40,000 nucleotides of DNA from an uncultured Candidatus Peribacteria bacterium. GTDB lineage: Bacteria; Patescibacteriota; Gracilibacteria; RBG-16-42-10. The stretch lies in NCBI GenBank assembly GCA_964514565.1, contig CAZERA010000001.1, forward strand, positions 552,080 to 592,079, given 5' to 3'. Both the position numbers and the translations under genes were made by a program. The notes below the pieces were generated by a model. That model searched no databases. It saw only the letters and a list, made by a program, of their open reading frames with translations, and had not been told where the DNA came from. This document shows positions 24,428-33,184 of the stretch, piece after piece (positions within the stretch are counted from its first letter, which is position 1; each line of letters starts with the position of its first letter).

Positions 24428-25381
24428 ATGATTGATGTATTAACTGGTTCTGAGTTTGTGATGAATCGTGCTCAATCAGTAAGGATTGATCATGAGCGCT
24501 TAGCGCAAATAGCTGCTCAGTACAAAAGTGTGGAGAGTAAACATTGGTTATTAGAAGCACCTTTCAATCTTCAACAGCTTTCAGAGCCGGAAATTGTAAA
24601 CTTTTTGTTGCTCTTTTATGCTTTAATCTTTTGTTTTTGGGGAGAACCCAAATGGACGGTTGATTATCAGGATCAAAAATACGATGGATCATTTGGTTTA
24701 TTGATAGCACTTCGCAAAGCATATGAAAATGGCATTCCAATTTTGGACTGGGCCTACTGGCAAGGCATCTCTCAGGAGGAATTTAGCAGTGTACTGAGGG
24801 GAAATGTAATCATTCCGCTATTTGATGAACGCTTGGCTATTGTCCATGAAGTGGGCAGAATACTGATGGCAAAATATCAGGGGCAAGCAGCGCAGCTAAT
24901 TCAATCTTGTGGAAAAGATGCGCGTAAATTGTTGGAATGTCTCAGTAGTGATTTCCCTTCCTTTCGTGATACCGCACACTATGATGATCAAGAAATTGCT
25001 TTCTATAAAAGAGCGCAGCTATTCGTCGTAGATGTCTATCACTTTTTTGCTGGGAAAGGTCTGGGTGACCTCAGTCATATTGATAGTATTACTGCTCTGG
25101 CAGACTACAAAGTACCGCAAATTTTGAGGCATCTAGGCATTTTGGTTTATGCTGAAGACTTGGCTCACTTAGTAGATACGAAGCAGGAGATTGCTCATGA
25201 TTCACAACCAGAGATTGAGATCCGGGTAGCTAATATCTGGGCAGTAGAGCTGATGCGTCGTATTGTTTCTCAAAAACTCCCTATGGTTACTAGCACCGAG
25301 ATCAATGACTACTTTTGGTTACAAAGCCAAACTGCTCAAAATATGAGACCATATCATCGTAGTCGCACTATTTTTTACTAA
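24428..25381 (+). CDS. Queuosine salvage protein family (DUF2419 / QNG1-like)
   Basis: FCFWGEPKW, the AFYKRAQLFV context and ADYKVPQILRHLGILVY match the family's conserved ADY(R/K)VPQ.LR..G.L.Y block. Start taken at ATG 24428, because the track ATG at 24308 would translate element C. Confidence 0.7.
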   Translation: MIDVLTGSEFVMNRAQSVRIDHERLAQIAAQYKSVESKHWLLEAPFNLQQLSEPEIVNFLLLFYALIFCFWGEPKWTVDYQDQKYDGSFGLLIALRKAYENGIPILDWAYWQGISQEEFSSVLRGNVIIPLFDERLAIVHEVGRILMAKYQGQAAQLIQSCGKDARKLLECLSSDFPSFRDTAHYDDQEIAFYKRAQLFVVDVYHFFAGKGLGDLSHIDSITALADYKVPQILRHLGILVYAEDLAHLVDTKQEIAHDSQPEIEIRVANIWAVELMRRIVSQKLPMVTSTEINDYFWLQSQTAQNMRPYHRSRTIFY

Positions 25382-25391
25382 TTACTTGTGT

Positions 25392-27242
25392 ATGTTTTTT
25401 AGTCCTAAACGTCTCGCAATAATTGTTTCGTTGGCTACTATCAGTTTTTTTGCGCAAACAACGCAAGCTTCTTATAAGATGTATCCAGCTGGCCAAGCTC
25501 CAGTAGTGATTCCTACTAAACCAGTTTCTTCGACTCCAGTGCTAGCACCGAAATTAGTTCCAACACCAGTGTCGTCTAGTCCTACTCTTAGTGGCCGCTT
25601 GGTGATCTCAGATATTTATTTTAGGAGTTATGAAGCTGACTTTACGGTCTATCCTGATGCACATATGGATGTGACGGAAAAAATTGTTGCTGATGTGGGA
25701 AATCTGACCAACCGGCATGGCATTTTTCAAGTCACTTCTGAGCGTTATCAAGGAGAAAACAATGTTATGCTCGATACGCCGATTAAACTCCAATCAATCA
25801 CGAACTTTGCTGGTCAGTCGATTCCCTTTGAGGAAAATCGTAGTAGCTGGGAACATACGGTTAGTTGGAAAATTGGTGATGCTGATCAACTGATTCATGG
25901 TGCTAATCAATATCAGATCAAGTATCAAGTGGGCAATGTGATCGACACTAACAATTCCCAGTACGACGTCTGGCACTTCGATGTGTTGGGATCATTTTGG
26001 CAGCTTGAAACAGATCGTTTTGCTGCTTATGTGAATTTCCCAGCCAATGCCCAGATAAAAAATATCACGGCAAGTACTATTAAAGCAGGTACCAAGACCA
26101 CTACCCCAGTACAGACTACTTGGGTAACTCCTACTCGCTTGTTGGTACAGACTACTAAAACCGCAGGTAAGGAGGAGGGCGTGACTGTGACTGCTCAGAT
26201 AGCCAGAAATGCTGATGGAAGCAGTATATTCTCTGCTTATCATTTGCCTTGGACTTATACATTGATGCCCATCATAAGCTACAGTCTGCCATTACTGGTT
26301 TTTTTAATAGTTTTTGTACTTTGGTATCGTCATGGTCGTGATGCCAAAACCCATCGTACTATTATTGCTGAATACACCCCTCCAGAAAATTTGTCAGCAA
26401 TGGAAATGGCTTTATTGCTCCGACATGGCCGTTGGCACAATAAGATTATTAGTGTGGGTGTGATGAATCTAGCTGTGAAAGGATTTGTTAAAATTCATAT
26501 TGTTAAGAAACTATGGGGGCTCAGTAAAGAAGTGATGATTGAGAGTATGCTGGATACTGAAAAAAGTGCCAAGATTACTATGGCCGAGTTAGCTCTTTTG
26601 CAAGATTTGATGAGCTGTAGAGGCATCGCAAGTCCCGACGGTATGGTCACCAAATCAGATTTGCAGCTCAGCTTTCGTTATAAAGTAAGTGCTATTGAAG
26701 AACGTACTCGATTGGTTTTAGAAACTAAAAACTATCTAACCAACTCTAGCTGGGATTGGTCTACCACCCTCTATGTAGCTGGCGTTGTCCTGCTGATTGC
26801 TGCTGGTGTCGTATCATCAAACGTCAACTTGTGGCTGGGTATTGCTCTGGGTGTCAGTGCTCTCATTTGTTTTCTCTTCGCGCCATTTATGTATCAAATA
26901 ACACCTATGGGGGCTGAAATGATTGATCGTATCGATGGCTTTAAACTTTTTATGAAAAAAGTAGAACAATATCGCCAAGTCTTTTTTGAAAAAGAAGGAG
27001 ATTTGTTGGATTTGCTACCTTATGCGATGGCTTTTGGTTTTACCAAACTCTGGCTAGCCAAGCTTAAAAATATTGTTTCACCAGAACAATGGCAGCGTTT
27101 TAATATGACTGTTTTAGCTGGTACTGGCAGTATTGGTGATGTTACTTCTTCAATTAGCTCAATCAGTAGCGCTATCTCTAGCAGTGTTTCTTCTAGCGGA
27201 GGAGGTAGTGGTGGTGGTAGTAGTGGGGGAGGGGGATGGTAG
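25392..27242 (+). CDS. DUF2207-family membrane protein
   Basis: Signal peptide, large extracytoplasmic domain, TM helices around WYRHGRD, and the characteristic C-terminal Ser/Gly tail SSGGGSGGGSSGGGGW. Confidence 0.7.
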   Translation: MFFSPKRLAIIVSLATISFFAQTTQASYKMYPAGQAPVVIPTKPVSSTPVLAPKLVPTPVSSSPTLSGRLVISDIYFRSYEADFTVYPDAHMDVTEKIVADVGNLTNRHGIFQVTSERYQGENNVMLDTPIKLQSITNFAGQSIPFEENRSSWEHTVSWKIGDADQLIHGANQYQIKYQVGNVIDTNNSQYDVWHFDVLGSFWQLETDRFAAYVNFPANAQIKNITASTIKAGTKTTTPVQTTWVTPTRLLVQTTKTAGKEEGVTVTAQIARNADGSSIFSAYHLPWTYTLMPIISYSLPLLVFLIVFVLWYRHGRDAKTHRTIIAEYTPPENLSAMEMALLLRHGRWHNKIISVGVMNLAVKGFVKIHIVKKLWGLSKEVMIESMLDTEKSAKITMAELALLQDLMSCRGIASPDGMVTKSDLQLSFRYKVSAIEERTRLVLETKNYLTNSSWDWSTTLYVAGVVLLIAAGVVSSNVNLWLGIALGVSALICFLFAPFMYQITPMGAEMIDRIDGFKLFMKKVEQYRQVFFEKEGDLLDLLPYAMAFGFTKLWLAKLKNIVSPEQWQRFNMTVLAGTGSIGDVTSSISSISSAISSSVSSSGGGSGGGSSGGGGW

Positions 27243-27278
27243 AAGAAGAGGTCCGAGGTTTTTTTGGGGGGGGCTGCT

Positions 27279-27827
27279 CTATACTTTGATGATGCCGCGT
27301 GCTTCAATTGCTTCTTTGATCATGTGGGGGCGACTGATATTGGCTAAGTAGACTTGATTGTTGTCCGGTGTAAATTGGACCACCAAGGTGCCATAGCCAA
27401 ATAATTTGCCCCAGAGGGTTTGTTGTAGAGTGACTGAACGGATTTGATTGAGGGAATAATCTTTTTCAGTAGTGATGCTTTTTCTCGCCACATAGCTCAG
27501 TTTGTCCGGGCTCAAAATATAATAGACTCTACCTCGGCTGATCAGATAATACAGCAATCCAATCGCAACTGAGAGTATTGCCAGCATAAAAACATCTGTA
27601 CCGGTCCATTCAGTTAGAAAACCTAAAATCACTACTACAAAGTAAATTACTAAGAGAATACCAAAGGTTACTAGTACTACTAGCAAGGTATTTAGAATCC
27701 TAAATATAGCTGCTTGGCGGATAATAAAAGGAGGAGCATCTGGTGGTGGGGGAGATGACGGTGGTGTTTGCTGTGGTTCTGGAATGGTAGTTTGTGCAGC
27801 AGGAATGGTAGTTTTGATCTCGTCCAT
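27279..27827 (-). CDS. Membrane protein with bacterial PH (bPH_2 / YdbS-like) domain and Pro-rich N-terminus
   Basis: Two TM helices are followed by YYILSPDKLSYVARKSITTEKDYSLNQIRSVTLQQTLWGKLFGYGTLVV, the typical bPH_2 pattern. ATG 27827 preferred; ATG 27860 is possible. Confidence 0.6.
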   Translation of the reverse strand: MDEIKTTIPAAQTTIPEPQQTPPSSPPPPDAPPFIIRQAAIFRILNTLLVVLVTFGILLVIYFVVVILGFLTEWTGTDVFMLAILSVAIGLLYYLISRGRVYYILSPDKLSYVARKSITTEKDYSLNQIRSVTLQQTLWGKLFGYGTLVVQFTPDNNQVYLANISRPHMIKEAIEARGIIKV

Positions 27828-27948
27828 ACAAGTTTTGATAATGAAGCAGAATGACTTCAATACTACTAGGCATTGGCGAGCATGACAATGGCAACAAGAT
27901 AGGCTTAAAACTGCTAATGCTTAATGTGTCTAAAGGGTTTTGTAAAAA

Positions 27949-27977
27949 TTGACTTCGTGCGCTTATAGCACTAGTAT
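27949..27977 (+). promoter_or_regulatory. Sigma70-type promoter of the MarR gene with an embedded partial palindrome
   Basis: -35 TTGACT (27949-27954), a 17-nt spacer containing GTGCGCTTATAGCAC, and -10 TAGTAT (27972-27977), 27 nt before the ATG. Confidence 0.4.
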
Positions 27978-28004
27978 TTTAAATCCCAAGTAACTTGAAT
28001 ATTT

Positions 28005-28448
28005 ATGCAAAAACGTGAGAAAACAATTCAAGGGATTATGGACTCCTTTCATACTGTCAGAAGATCTTTCAACACCAATCACCTCGGTATTCGCAATAAA
28101 GGAGAAATTACCCCTGCTCAATGGCCTATTGTTTCTAGTCTCAAAGACCGCCCTACTATCGCGCTCAAAGAACTAACTAGCATGCTACATATTAGTAGTA
28201 GTGCTATCACCCAACTCGTCGATGCCTTGGTCAAAAAAGGTTATATCGTCCGCAAAGAATCATCAGTAGATCGTCGTGTGATTTTGATCGAGCTAACTAA
28301 GAAAGCAAAAGATTCTTTAGCTATCATGCGTGAAAAAGCAGTAGCACATTTGATTACCGCTTTCTCCAATCTCACTGATGAAGAGCTAGTTACCTTTCAA
28401 GCCCTGAGTGAAAAAGTAGCTACAAATATTAAGAGCCAGGAGGGGTAG
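28005..28448 (+). CDS. MarR-family transcriptional regulator
   Basis: 147 aa. Winged-helix block ITPAQWPIVSSLKDRPTIALKELTSMLHISSSAITQLVDALVKKGYIVRKESSVDRRVILIELT. Confidence 0.85.
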   Translation: MQKREKTIQGIMDSFHTVRRSFNTNHLGIRNKGEITPAQWPIVSSLKDRPTIALKELTSMLHISSSAITQLVDALVKKGYIVRKESSVDRRVILIELTKKAKDSLAIMREKAVAHLITAFSNLTDEELVTFQALSEKVATNIKSQEG

Positions 28449-28571
28449 TCTGATATAGTGAATAATGAATGATGAAAAACTAATAGTTTAGCGATATGCA
28501 GTCCGTCAAGCGGAGACGGCAGTCACTAAACTTTTCACTACTCATTATTAATTATTCACTCCCTTTCTCAT
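28438..28571 (+). repeat. Element 'F' copy 1: ~134-bp internally palindromic repeat
   Basis: Aligns without gaps to 29032-29153 with about 15 mismatches in ~122 nt by hand count. The 5' arm AGTGAATAATGAATGATGAAAA pairs imperfectly with the 3' arm TTTTCACTACTCATTATTAATTATTCACT. Inner half-sites are AGTTTAGCG / CACTAAACT, and the central hairpin is CCGTC-AAGCGGA-GACGG. It overlaps the MarR stop and the DUF1801 ATG. Confidence 0.75.
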
Positions 28572-29022
28572 GAATAGCTCCGCCAAAACAGTAATTGCCT
28601 ACCTAGAATCTTTGCCCGTCGATCGCAAAGTGGCAATCAGTGAAGTTCGAGATATTATTCTTGCTCACTTACCTGTAGGCTACGAAGAAGTGATGCAGTA
28701 TGGCATGATCTCCTATGTCGTTCCCTTTTCTCGCTATCCCAAGACATACAACAATCAGCCACTTACAATGATCTCTCTTGCTTCCCAGAAAAATCACATG
28801 GCGGTTTATTTGATGTGTGTTTATGGTGATCGCAAAACCCGTGATAAATTTATTGCTGATTATCAAGCTACTGGTAAAAAACTAGAGATTGGCAAGTCGT
28901 GCCTTCGTTTCAAAAAAACGGCTGACTTGGCATTGGCTGTAATTGGCGACTTGGTAGCACAGATATCGGTCGATCAGTTTATTCAGTATTATGAAAAAAG
29001 CAGATCGCTTGTTAAGAACTAG
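28570..29022 (+). CDS. DUF1801 (YdhG-like) domain protein
   Basis: 150 aa. VIAYLESLP...R.AISEVRDIIL...EEVMQYGMISY...HMAVYL...GKSCLRFKK fits the YdhG/DUF1801 pattern. Confidence 0.65.
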   Translation: MNSSAKTVIAYLESLPVDRKVAISEVRDIILAHLPVGYEEVMQYGMISYVVPFSRYPKTYNNQPLTMISLASQKNHMAVYLMCVYGDRKTRDKFIADYQATGKKLEIGKSCLRFKKTADLALAVIGDLVAQISVDQFIQYYEKSRSLVKN

Positions 29023-29153
29023 GAGGAGGGGCTGATGGAGTGAACAATGAATGATGAAAAACTAATAGTTTAGCGACATGCAGTCGGCCAAGCGGAGACT
29101 ATAGCCGCTAAACTTTTCACTATTCATTATTAGTTATTAACTCGCTTTCTCAT
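29021..29153 (+). repeat. Element 'F' copy 2
   Basis: Same orientation as copy 1. Inner half-sites AGTTTAGCG / CGCTAAACT are perfectly complementary here, while the central hairpin and outer stem are more degraded. Confidence 0.75.
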
Positions 29154-29195
29154 AGCCTCCAGCCCTGCTTTTGGCATTACCCCAAATTAGTTGGT

Positions 29196-30920
29196 TTAAC
29201 CGAAAGTGAAGGCAAATGCTTTGATGCCTATGGTTTCAAATTGAATAGTGAGGACATGGGCAGCAGTATCTTTGGTATTGTGGACCAAGTGGTAGAGTCG
29301 GTCACTATCCAAAAGCACGGCGCCATTTTTGACGTCATTGCCAGCTTGATCGTCCTTGATAGGTTTGCCATCAAGCAGAATTTTTAATAGGCCGGATCCG
29401 GCTGGTGGGTTGAGTACCAAGTACACATTTTGCCCGGTAAAACGGAAGCTCAAAGTATTGCCAGCTGCACTAGTAATAAATTGTTTGTCTTGTACCCACT
29501 GGCCTGTCAGTGTCCACTGGTCATTTTTGAGCTCATCAACTGTTGATGCTGCTCGATAGTTTGAGCGGCGATCTGTGCCCAAATAAGTTTCTGGTGATTG
29601 GTCTTGATTTGGTGTTGTATCCACTGCTGTAGGCGCCATGGTTGGTAGGCTTAGGTCTTGTTTCGCTTCCTTGAGTAGGGCTCGGATGTTTGCTTCAGTT
29701 TCTTCATAATGACCTTCACCAAAATGGGTAGCTCGGAGATTACCTTGCGCATCGATTAAATATTCAGCTGGCCAGTATTGGTTGTTGTAGGCACTCCAAG
29801 TTGCAAAGTCATTGTCTTGCGCGACAGGGTAATGAATCTTAAAGTTCTCAATTGCTTTGGCTACATTGTCAGTATTTTTTTCGAACGCAAACTCAGGTGA
29901 ATGTACTCCTAGTACCACCAAGCCTTGATCTTTGTATGTATCATACCAGCTTGTGACATGCGGCAATGTACGAATACAATTGATACAAGAATAAGTCCAA
30001 AAGTCGATTAGTACGACTTTACCTTTGAGCTGAGCTAAAGTGAGTGGATCACTATTGAGCCAATGAGTAATTCCTTGTAATTCAGGTGCCTTACCTAATA
30101 CTGGCAGACCACTGAGCGCACCACCGATGACAGTAGCAGCAGTAGGTGCCACACTTTGTTCCGGAGCACCATGCAGCGCCTGTAATTGTTTTTGAACAAT
30201 GTCGCTTTGTTCTAACTGTTGGGTGAGACCAGTGCTAATAGAGCTAGGTAACTTTGATAATACGTTGTTTTGAATTACTTGATCCAAGCCAAATAACATC
30301 GCTAAAGCTGTGACAATCATAATCACACCAAAACCGATTTGTAGTTTGGGGGCAATTTTGTTGAGGCTTTTGATTCGTTTAATTAAAGTCTGACCACCAT
30401 ATATCAGTGCCAGAAGTGGGATACTAGTACCCAATGCATAGGCGATGATGATTAGTACTGATACCAGATTGAGACTACTAGTAGCAGCTAAAGCAATTAC
30501 TGAACCAACAATCGGACCGACACAAGGTGTCCACACTAGTCCCAAACTAATACCGACTAAGATACCACCTAAGAAGTCTTTGCGTTGTGAGTTATTGCCA
30601 GTTTTTGGCATCAGTCTACTCACCATACTTTCGAATGCCACTAGGAGTTTAGGTATAAGCAGCAGCACACCAAAAGCCAACAAAATGACCACCGCAACTG
30701 TGCGTAATACTGTCGGATCCAAACCTAAGTACTTAGTTAAATAACTAAGAGCTAAAGTGAAAAAAGTAAAACTAGCTACCAATCCAACCACAATACCCAA
30801 AGGACGTTGTTTGCCACCAGTCACACCAGCAGAAAGCACCAATGGCAAAATCGGCAAGATACAAGGAGCAAGAATCGTAGCAATACCAGCCAGAAACGCG
30901 AATAAAACAAGGATATACAT
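29196..30920 (-). CDS. Thiol:disulfide interchange fusion: CcdA/DsbD-like membrane domain, TlpA/ResA-like thioredoxin domain and a C-terminal beta-rich domain
   Basis: N-terminal FLAGIATILAPCILPILP and VWTPCVGPI are the two Cys-containing CcdA helices. VLIDFWTYSCINCIRTLPH is the thioredoxin CxxC. YPVAQDN and YWPAEYLID are TlpA-like. Confidence 0.8.
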   Translation of the reverse strand: MYILVLFAFLAGIATILAPCILPILPLVLSAGVTGGKQRPLGIVVGLVASFTFFTLALSYLTKYLGLDPTVLRTVAVVILLAFGVLLLIPKLLVAFESMVSRLMPKTGNNSQRKDFLGGILVGISLGLVWTPCVGPIVGSVIALAATSSLNLVSVLIIIAYALGTSIPLLALIYGGQTLIKRIKSLNKIAPKLQIGFGVIMIVTALAMLFGLDQVIQNNVLSKLPSSISTGLTQQLEQSDIVQKQLQALHGAPEQSVAPTAATVIGGALSGLPVLGKAPELQGITHWLNSDPLTLAQLKGKVVLIDFWTYSCINCIRTLPHVTSWYDTYKDQGLVVLGVHSPEFAFEKNTDNVAKAIENFKIHYPVAQDNDFATWSAYNNQYWPAEYLIDAQGNLRATHFGEGHYEETEANIRALLKEAKQDLSLPTMAPTAVDTTPNQDQSPETYLGTDRRSNYRAASTVDELKNDQWTLTGQWVQDKQFITSAAGNTLSFRFTGQNVYLVLNPPAGSGLLKILLDGKPIKDDQAGNDVKNGAVLLDSDRLYHLVHNTKDTAAHVLTIQFETIGIKAFAFTFG

Positions 30921-30932
30921 AAAGAATTATAA

Positions 30933-30945
30933 TTTAGCCGCTAAA
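30933..30945. promoter_or_regulatory. 6-1-6 palindrome TTTAGC-C-GCTAAA abutting a -10 box just upstream of the CcdA-thioredoxin gene (candidate operator)
   Basis: On the minus strand the order is AGTTTAGCGGCTAAA, then T, then TATAAT (30931-30926), then 5 nt, then the ATG at 30920. The half-sites are the same words as the inner half-sites of the F repeats. Confidence 0.3.
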
Positions 30946-31096
30946 CTCTTTGCTTCTTACCTTCGTGACTAATTTCCTGAAGGATTAATAATCCCAATGT
31001 ATAACCTAATCGGATTCGAAGCAAAACCGTGTTGATGATGCTAAACACTAGCAATACTGCTTACTTTACAGTATTATCTACTCTTCGTAATTTATT

Positions 31097-32125
31097 ATGA
31101 CTATTGAATCGATTGGTGAAGATATTCCTCAGAAAGTTTTGGACCTCATTGTGGACGTGTTTGGTTCAACTGCAAGGGTAATTTCTATGGATGCCGATCA
31201 TTTATGGTTGCAAGTACATTTTACTGTGCATGATCAGCCAGTAGTTCTTGATGTTGGCGTTTCTAATCCTGATGAGATTACTGGCAATTTAGAATACAAG
31301 CTTATCAAATTGGCTGTACCTGATTGTAAAAATCTTTTTGTCCAAGCAGATTGGAAGGAACGTTTTTGTGATTGGGGAATGGAATTTGAAAGAGGTAGGT
31401 TGCTGCTGTTGCGTATTCGTTTGGAAGGTTTGTTAGCTAGTCCATTACCACAGTTAGTAGCTCCCGCTCAGAATTATGATCTCGGTCAGAGTGTGGGGGC
31501 ACATGCTGAAGGAGTAGCTGCCTCTGGATATATACTTCAAGAACCTGAGGCAACCGACACGATAGCCCAGAATCCAATGCCTAGGTTGAAGGAGAATAGT
31601 TTGGTAGTTCGAGGTGCTATACTGGTATGTTTCTCTTTAGCTGGAGCAGCAACTTCACTCCAGTTTTTTAAGAGACCAGTGGCACCTATGCCCGTATCAA
31701 CTTCAATGCCAGTATCGAGACCATCAATTGTGGCTCCAGTGGCCGTTCCCTCTGCAGTCTTTGCTTCACCAGAGCCTTTAGTTCCTACGAACTGTCTTAC
31801 TATTAGCACAATCGCCACTGTGAATGATCGTGGTTTGTTGCCTTGGTTGCGAACTATCAAAGCTGCAAATCCAGTGTTTTTTACTCGTTTCCATGTCACT
31901 CCTCAGGATTTAGTGACTGCCAGTATCCGTCCTCGCCATCGTGCTGAGTCTGCAGCCCATGACACTACCAATCCTGCGCATGCTCTGGGTGAGGCTCATG
32001 CATATCACTTTGGTCAGGTGCAAGCAGGCGACCGAATTTTCTTGCAAGCTTGTCCTCATGCTCCTGTGATGTTGTCATATAGTCGTGGAGCTACGCATCT
32101 CTATAATGTGCAGATCGATCGTTAG
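31097..32125 (+). CDS. Hypothetical single-pass membrane protein (342 aa)
   Basis: Long ORF with a central TM helix (VVRGAILVCFSLAGAATSLQFF) followed by a Pro/Val/Ser-rich linker. No motif recognised. Confidence 0.5.
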   Translation: MTIESIGEDIPQKVLDLIVDVFGSTARVISMDADHLWLQVHFTVHDQPVVLDVGVSNPDEITGNLEYKLIKLAVPDCKNLFVQADWKERFCDWGMEFERGRLLLLRIRLEGLLASPLPQLVAPAQNYDLGQSVGAHAEGVAASGYILQEPEATDTIAQNPMPRLKENSLVVRGAILVCFSLAGAATSLQFFKRPVAPMPVSTSMPVSRPSIVAPVAVPSAVFASPEPLVPTNCLTISTIATVNDRGLLPWLRTIKAANPVFFTRFHVTPQDLVTASIRPRHRAESAAHDTTNPAHALGEAHAYHFGQVQAGDRIFLQACPHAPVMLSYSRGATHLYNVQIDR

Positions 32126-32135
32126 TTGCAACTTA

Positions 32136-33053
32136 TTATGCCGCTTCAGCTAGCTTCTGATGTCTGGTGCATAACTCGGCATCAAGGTGAAAGACTAAAT
32201 CGCCTAATGCTTCCGATGCTAACAAGTCATGTTCGCAGGCTTGAGCAATCATACTAGCCAGTGGAAGTGTGAGGGTTTTATTTGGTGGAAGACCACTGCG
32301 ATGCTTCTTCCAATAATGTAGATCACAGATCACTACATCATCAGCAGCTATTGTAGTAATGATTCGGTCTTTATGGAGCGAAGCTCTGATTCCTGCTGTC
32401 TGTACCGCTTCTGCTATTTTTGTTGCTATTAATTCTTCTACTTGATCGCATGCGAGTTTAGTGACTGGATTAGCCCGGTCAGGTGGAAATATATCTGGCG
32501 CTTTTGCTTGGGCCAGGGCAGTGAGGAGAGTAAACAAGTATGGTTGATGTTCACCCAGTCCGTTTTGTATTATGTGACATTCTTTTAAAGATCTATTTTT
32601 GCTACCAATCATTGCAATCAAGGTAGTAATCGCCTCCGATGTATCATCAATCATACTATTCATGTGAGCTCCTGGGGCTGGTGGGCTGCTCAAACGAGCA
32701 AAAAGCGATTTGATAGCTGCGGAACTGGTCAGCGTATCCAAGTGGTCAAATGGAAAGCGTAGATGTTCAAACTCACGATGATTCTGGATAGCCTGCCAGC
32801 ATGTATGGTCTGGTAGTACCAAAGCATGACTGCTATCCTTGCATACAATTCTACGTGCTTTTTCGCGAATGACTTGGCTATCTGCGTGTTCATTGAGGCG
32901 AAGGCATTCCACTACGTATCCCAGGTGATTCAAAATGCCAATGAGATCTTTTTCAATCGCCCTATAGAGTGAGTTTTTGCGATACATCAGCGTGATTTCT
33001 CCACCGGCCAAAATCGGATACCTACCGCTTATTTCATTTTTATTCAGGCTCAT
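32136..33053 (-). CDS. Hypothetical protein (305 aa)
   Basis: Long ORF, convergent with 31097..32125. No motif recognised. Confidence 0.5.
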   Translation of the reverse strand: MSLNKNEISGRYPILAGGEITLMYRKNSLYRAIEKDLIGILNHLGYVVECLRLNEHADSQVIREKARRIVCKDSSHALVLPDHTCWQAIQNHREFEHLRFPFDHLDTLTSSAAIKSLFARLSSPPAPGAHMNSMIDDTSEAITTLIAMIGSKNRSLKECHIIQNGLGEHQPYLFTLLTALAQAKAPDIFPPDRANPVTKLACDQVEELIATKIAEAVQTAGIRASLHKDRIITTIAADDVVICDLHYWKKHRSGLPPNKTLTLPLASMIAQACEHDLLASEALGDLVFHLDAELCTRHQKLAEAA

Positions 33054-33130
33054 ATTTCCTTGTTAGCGTTGGACTCTAATCCTGGTTGCTTTTTGATTCA
33101 AGTACAAAAAGATCATTAGGAAATAAAATA

Positions 33131-33161
33131 CAAAAAAGCAGTAGTCCAAATGAACTACTGC
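33131..33161 (-). terminator. Intrinsic terminator of dps
   Basis: On the minus strand, GCAGTAGT-TCATTTGG-ACTACTGC is followed by TTTTTTG, starting about 24 nt after the dps stop. Confidence 0.65.
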
Positions 33162-33184
33162 CTTTCTTTAAGCTATTAAAGCAT

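Noticed and set aside
27259-27273. T7G8 homopolymer pair as a phase-variation switch
   Set aside because: It lies in the 36-bp gap between the stops of two convergent genes (27242 and 27279), outside any coding or promoter sequence. Slippage there would not change a reading frame.
27020-27307. 95-aa minus-strand ORF with a poly-proline stretch (PPPPLLPPPLPPPL)
   Set aside because: It is the antisense shadow of the Ser/Gly-rich C-terminal tail of the DUF2207 protein (GGT/AGT repeats read as proline codons on the other strand).
28438-29153. Integron gene cassette with attC sites
   Set aside because: The ORF-between-palindromic-repeats geometry fits. However, I could not find RYYYAAC/GTTRRRY core sites on either strand, there is no intI-like gene or further cassettes in the window, and the neighbouring genes are in mixed orientation. 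I kept it as a cassette-like repeat finding instead.
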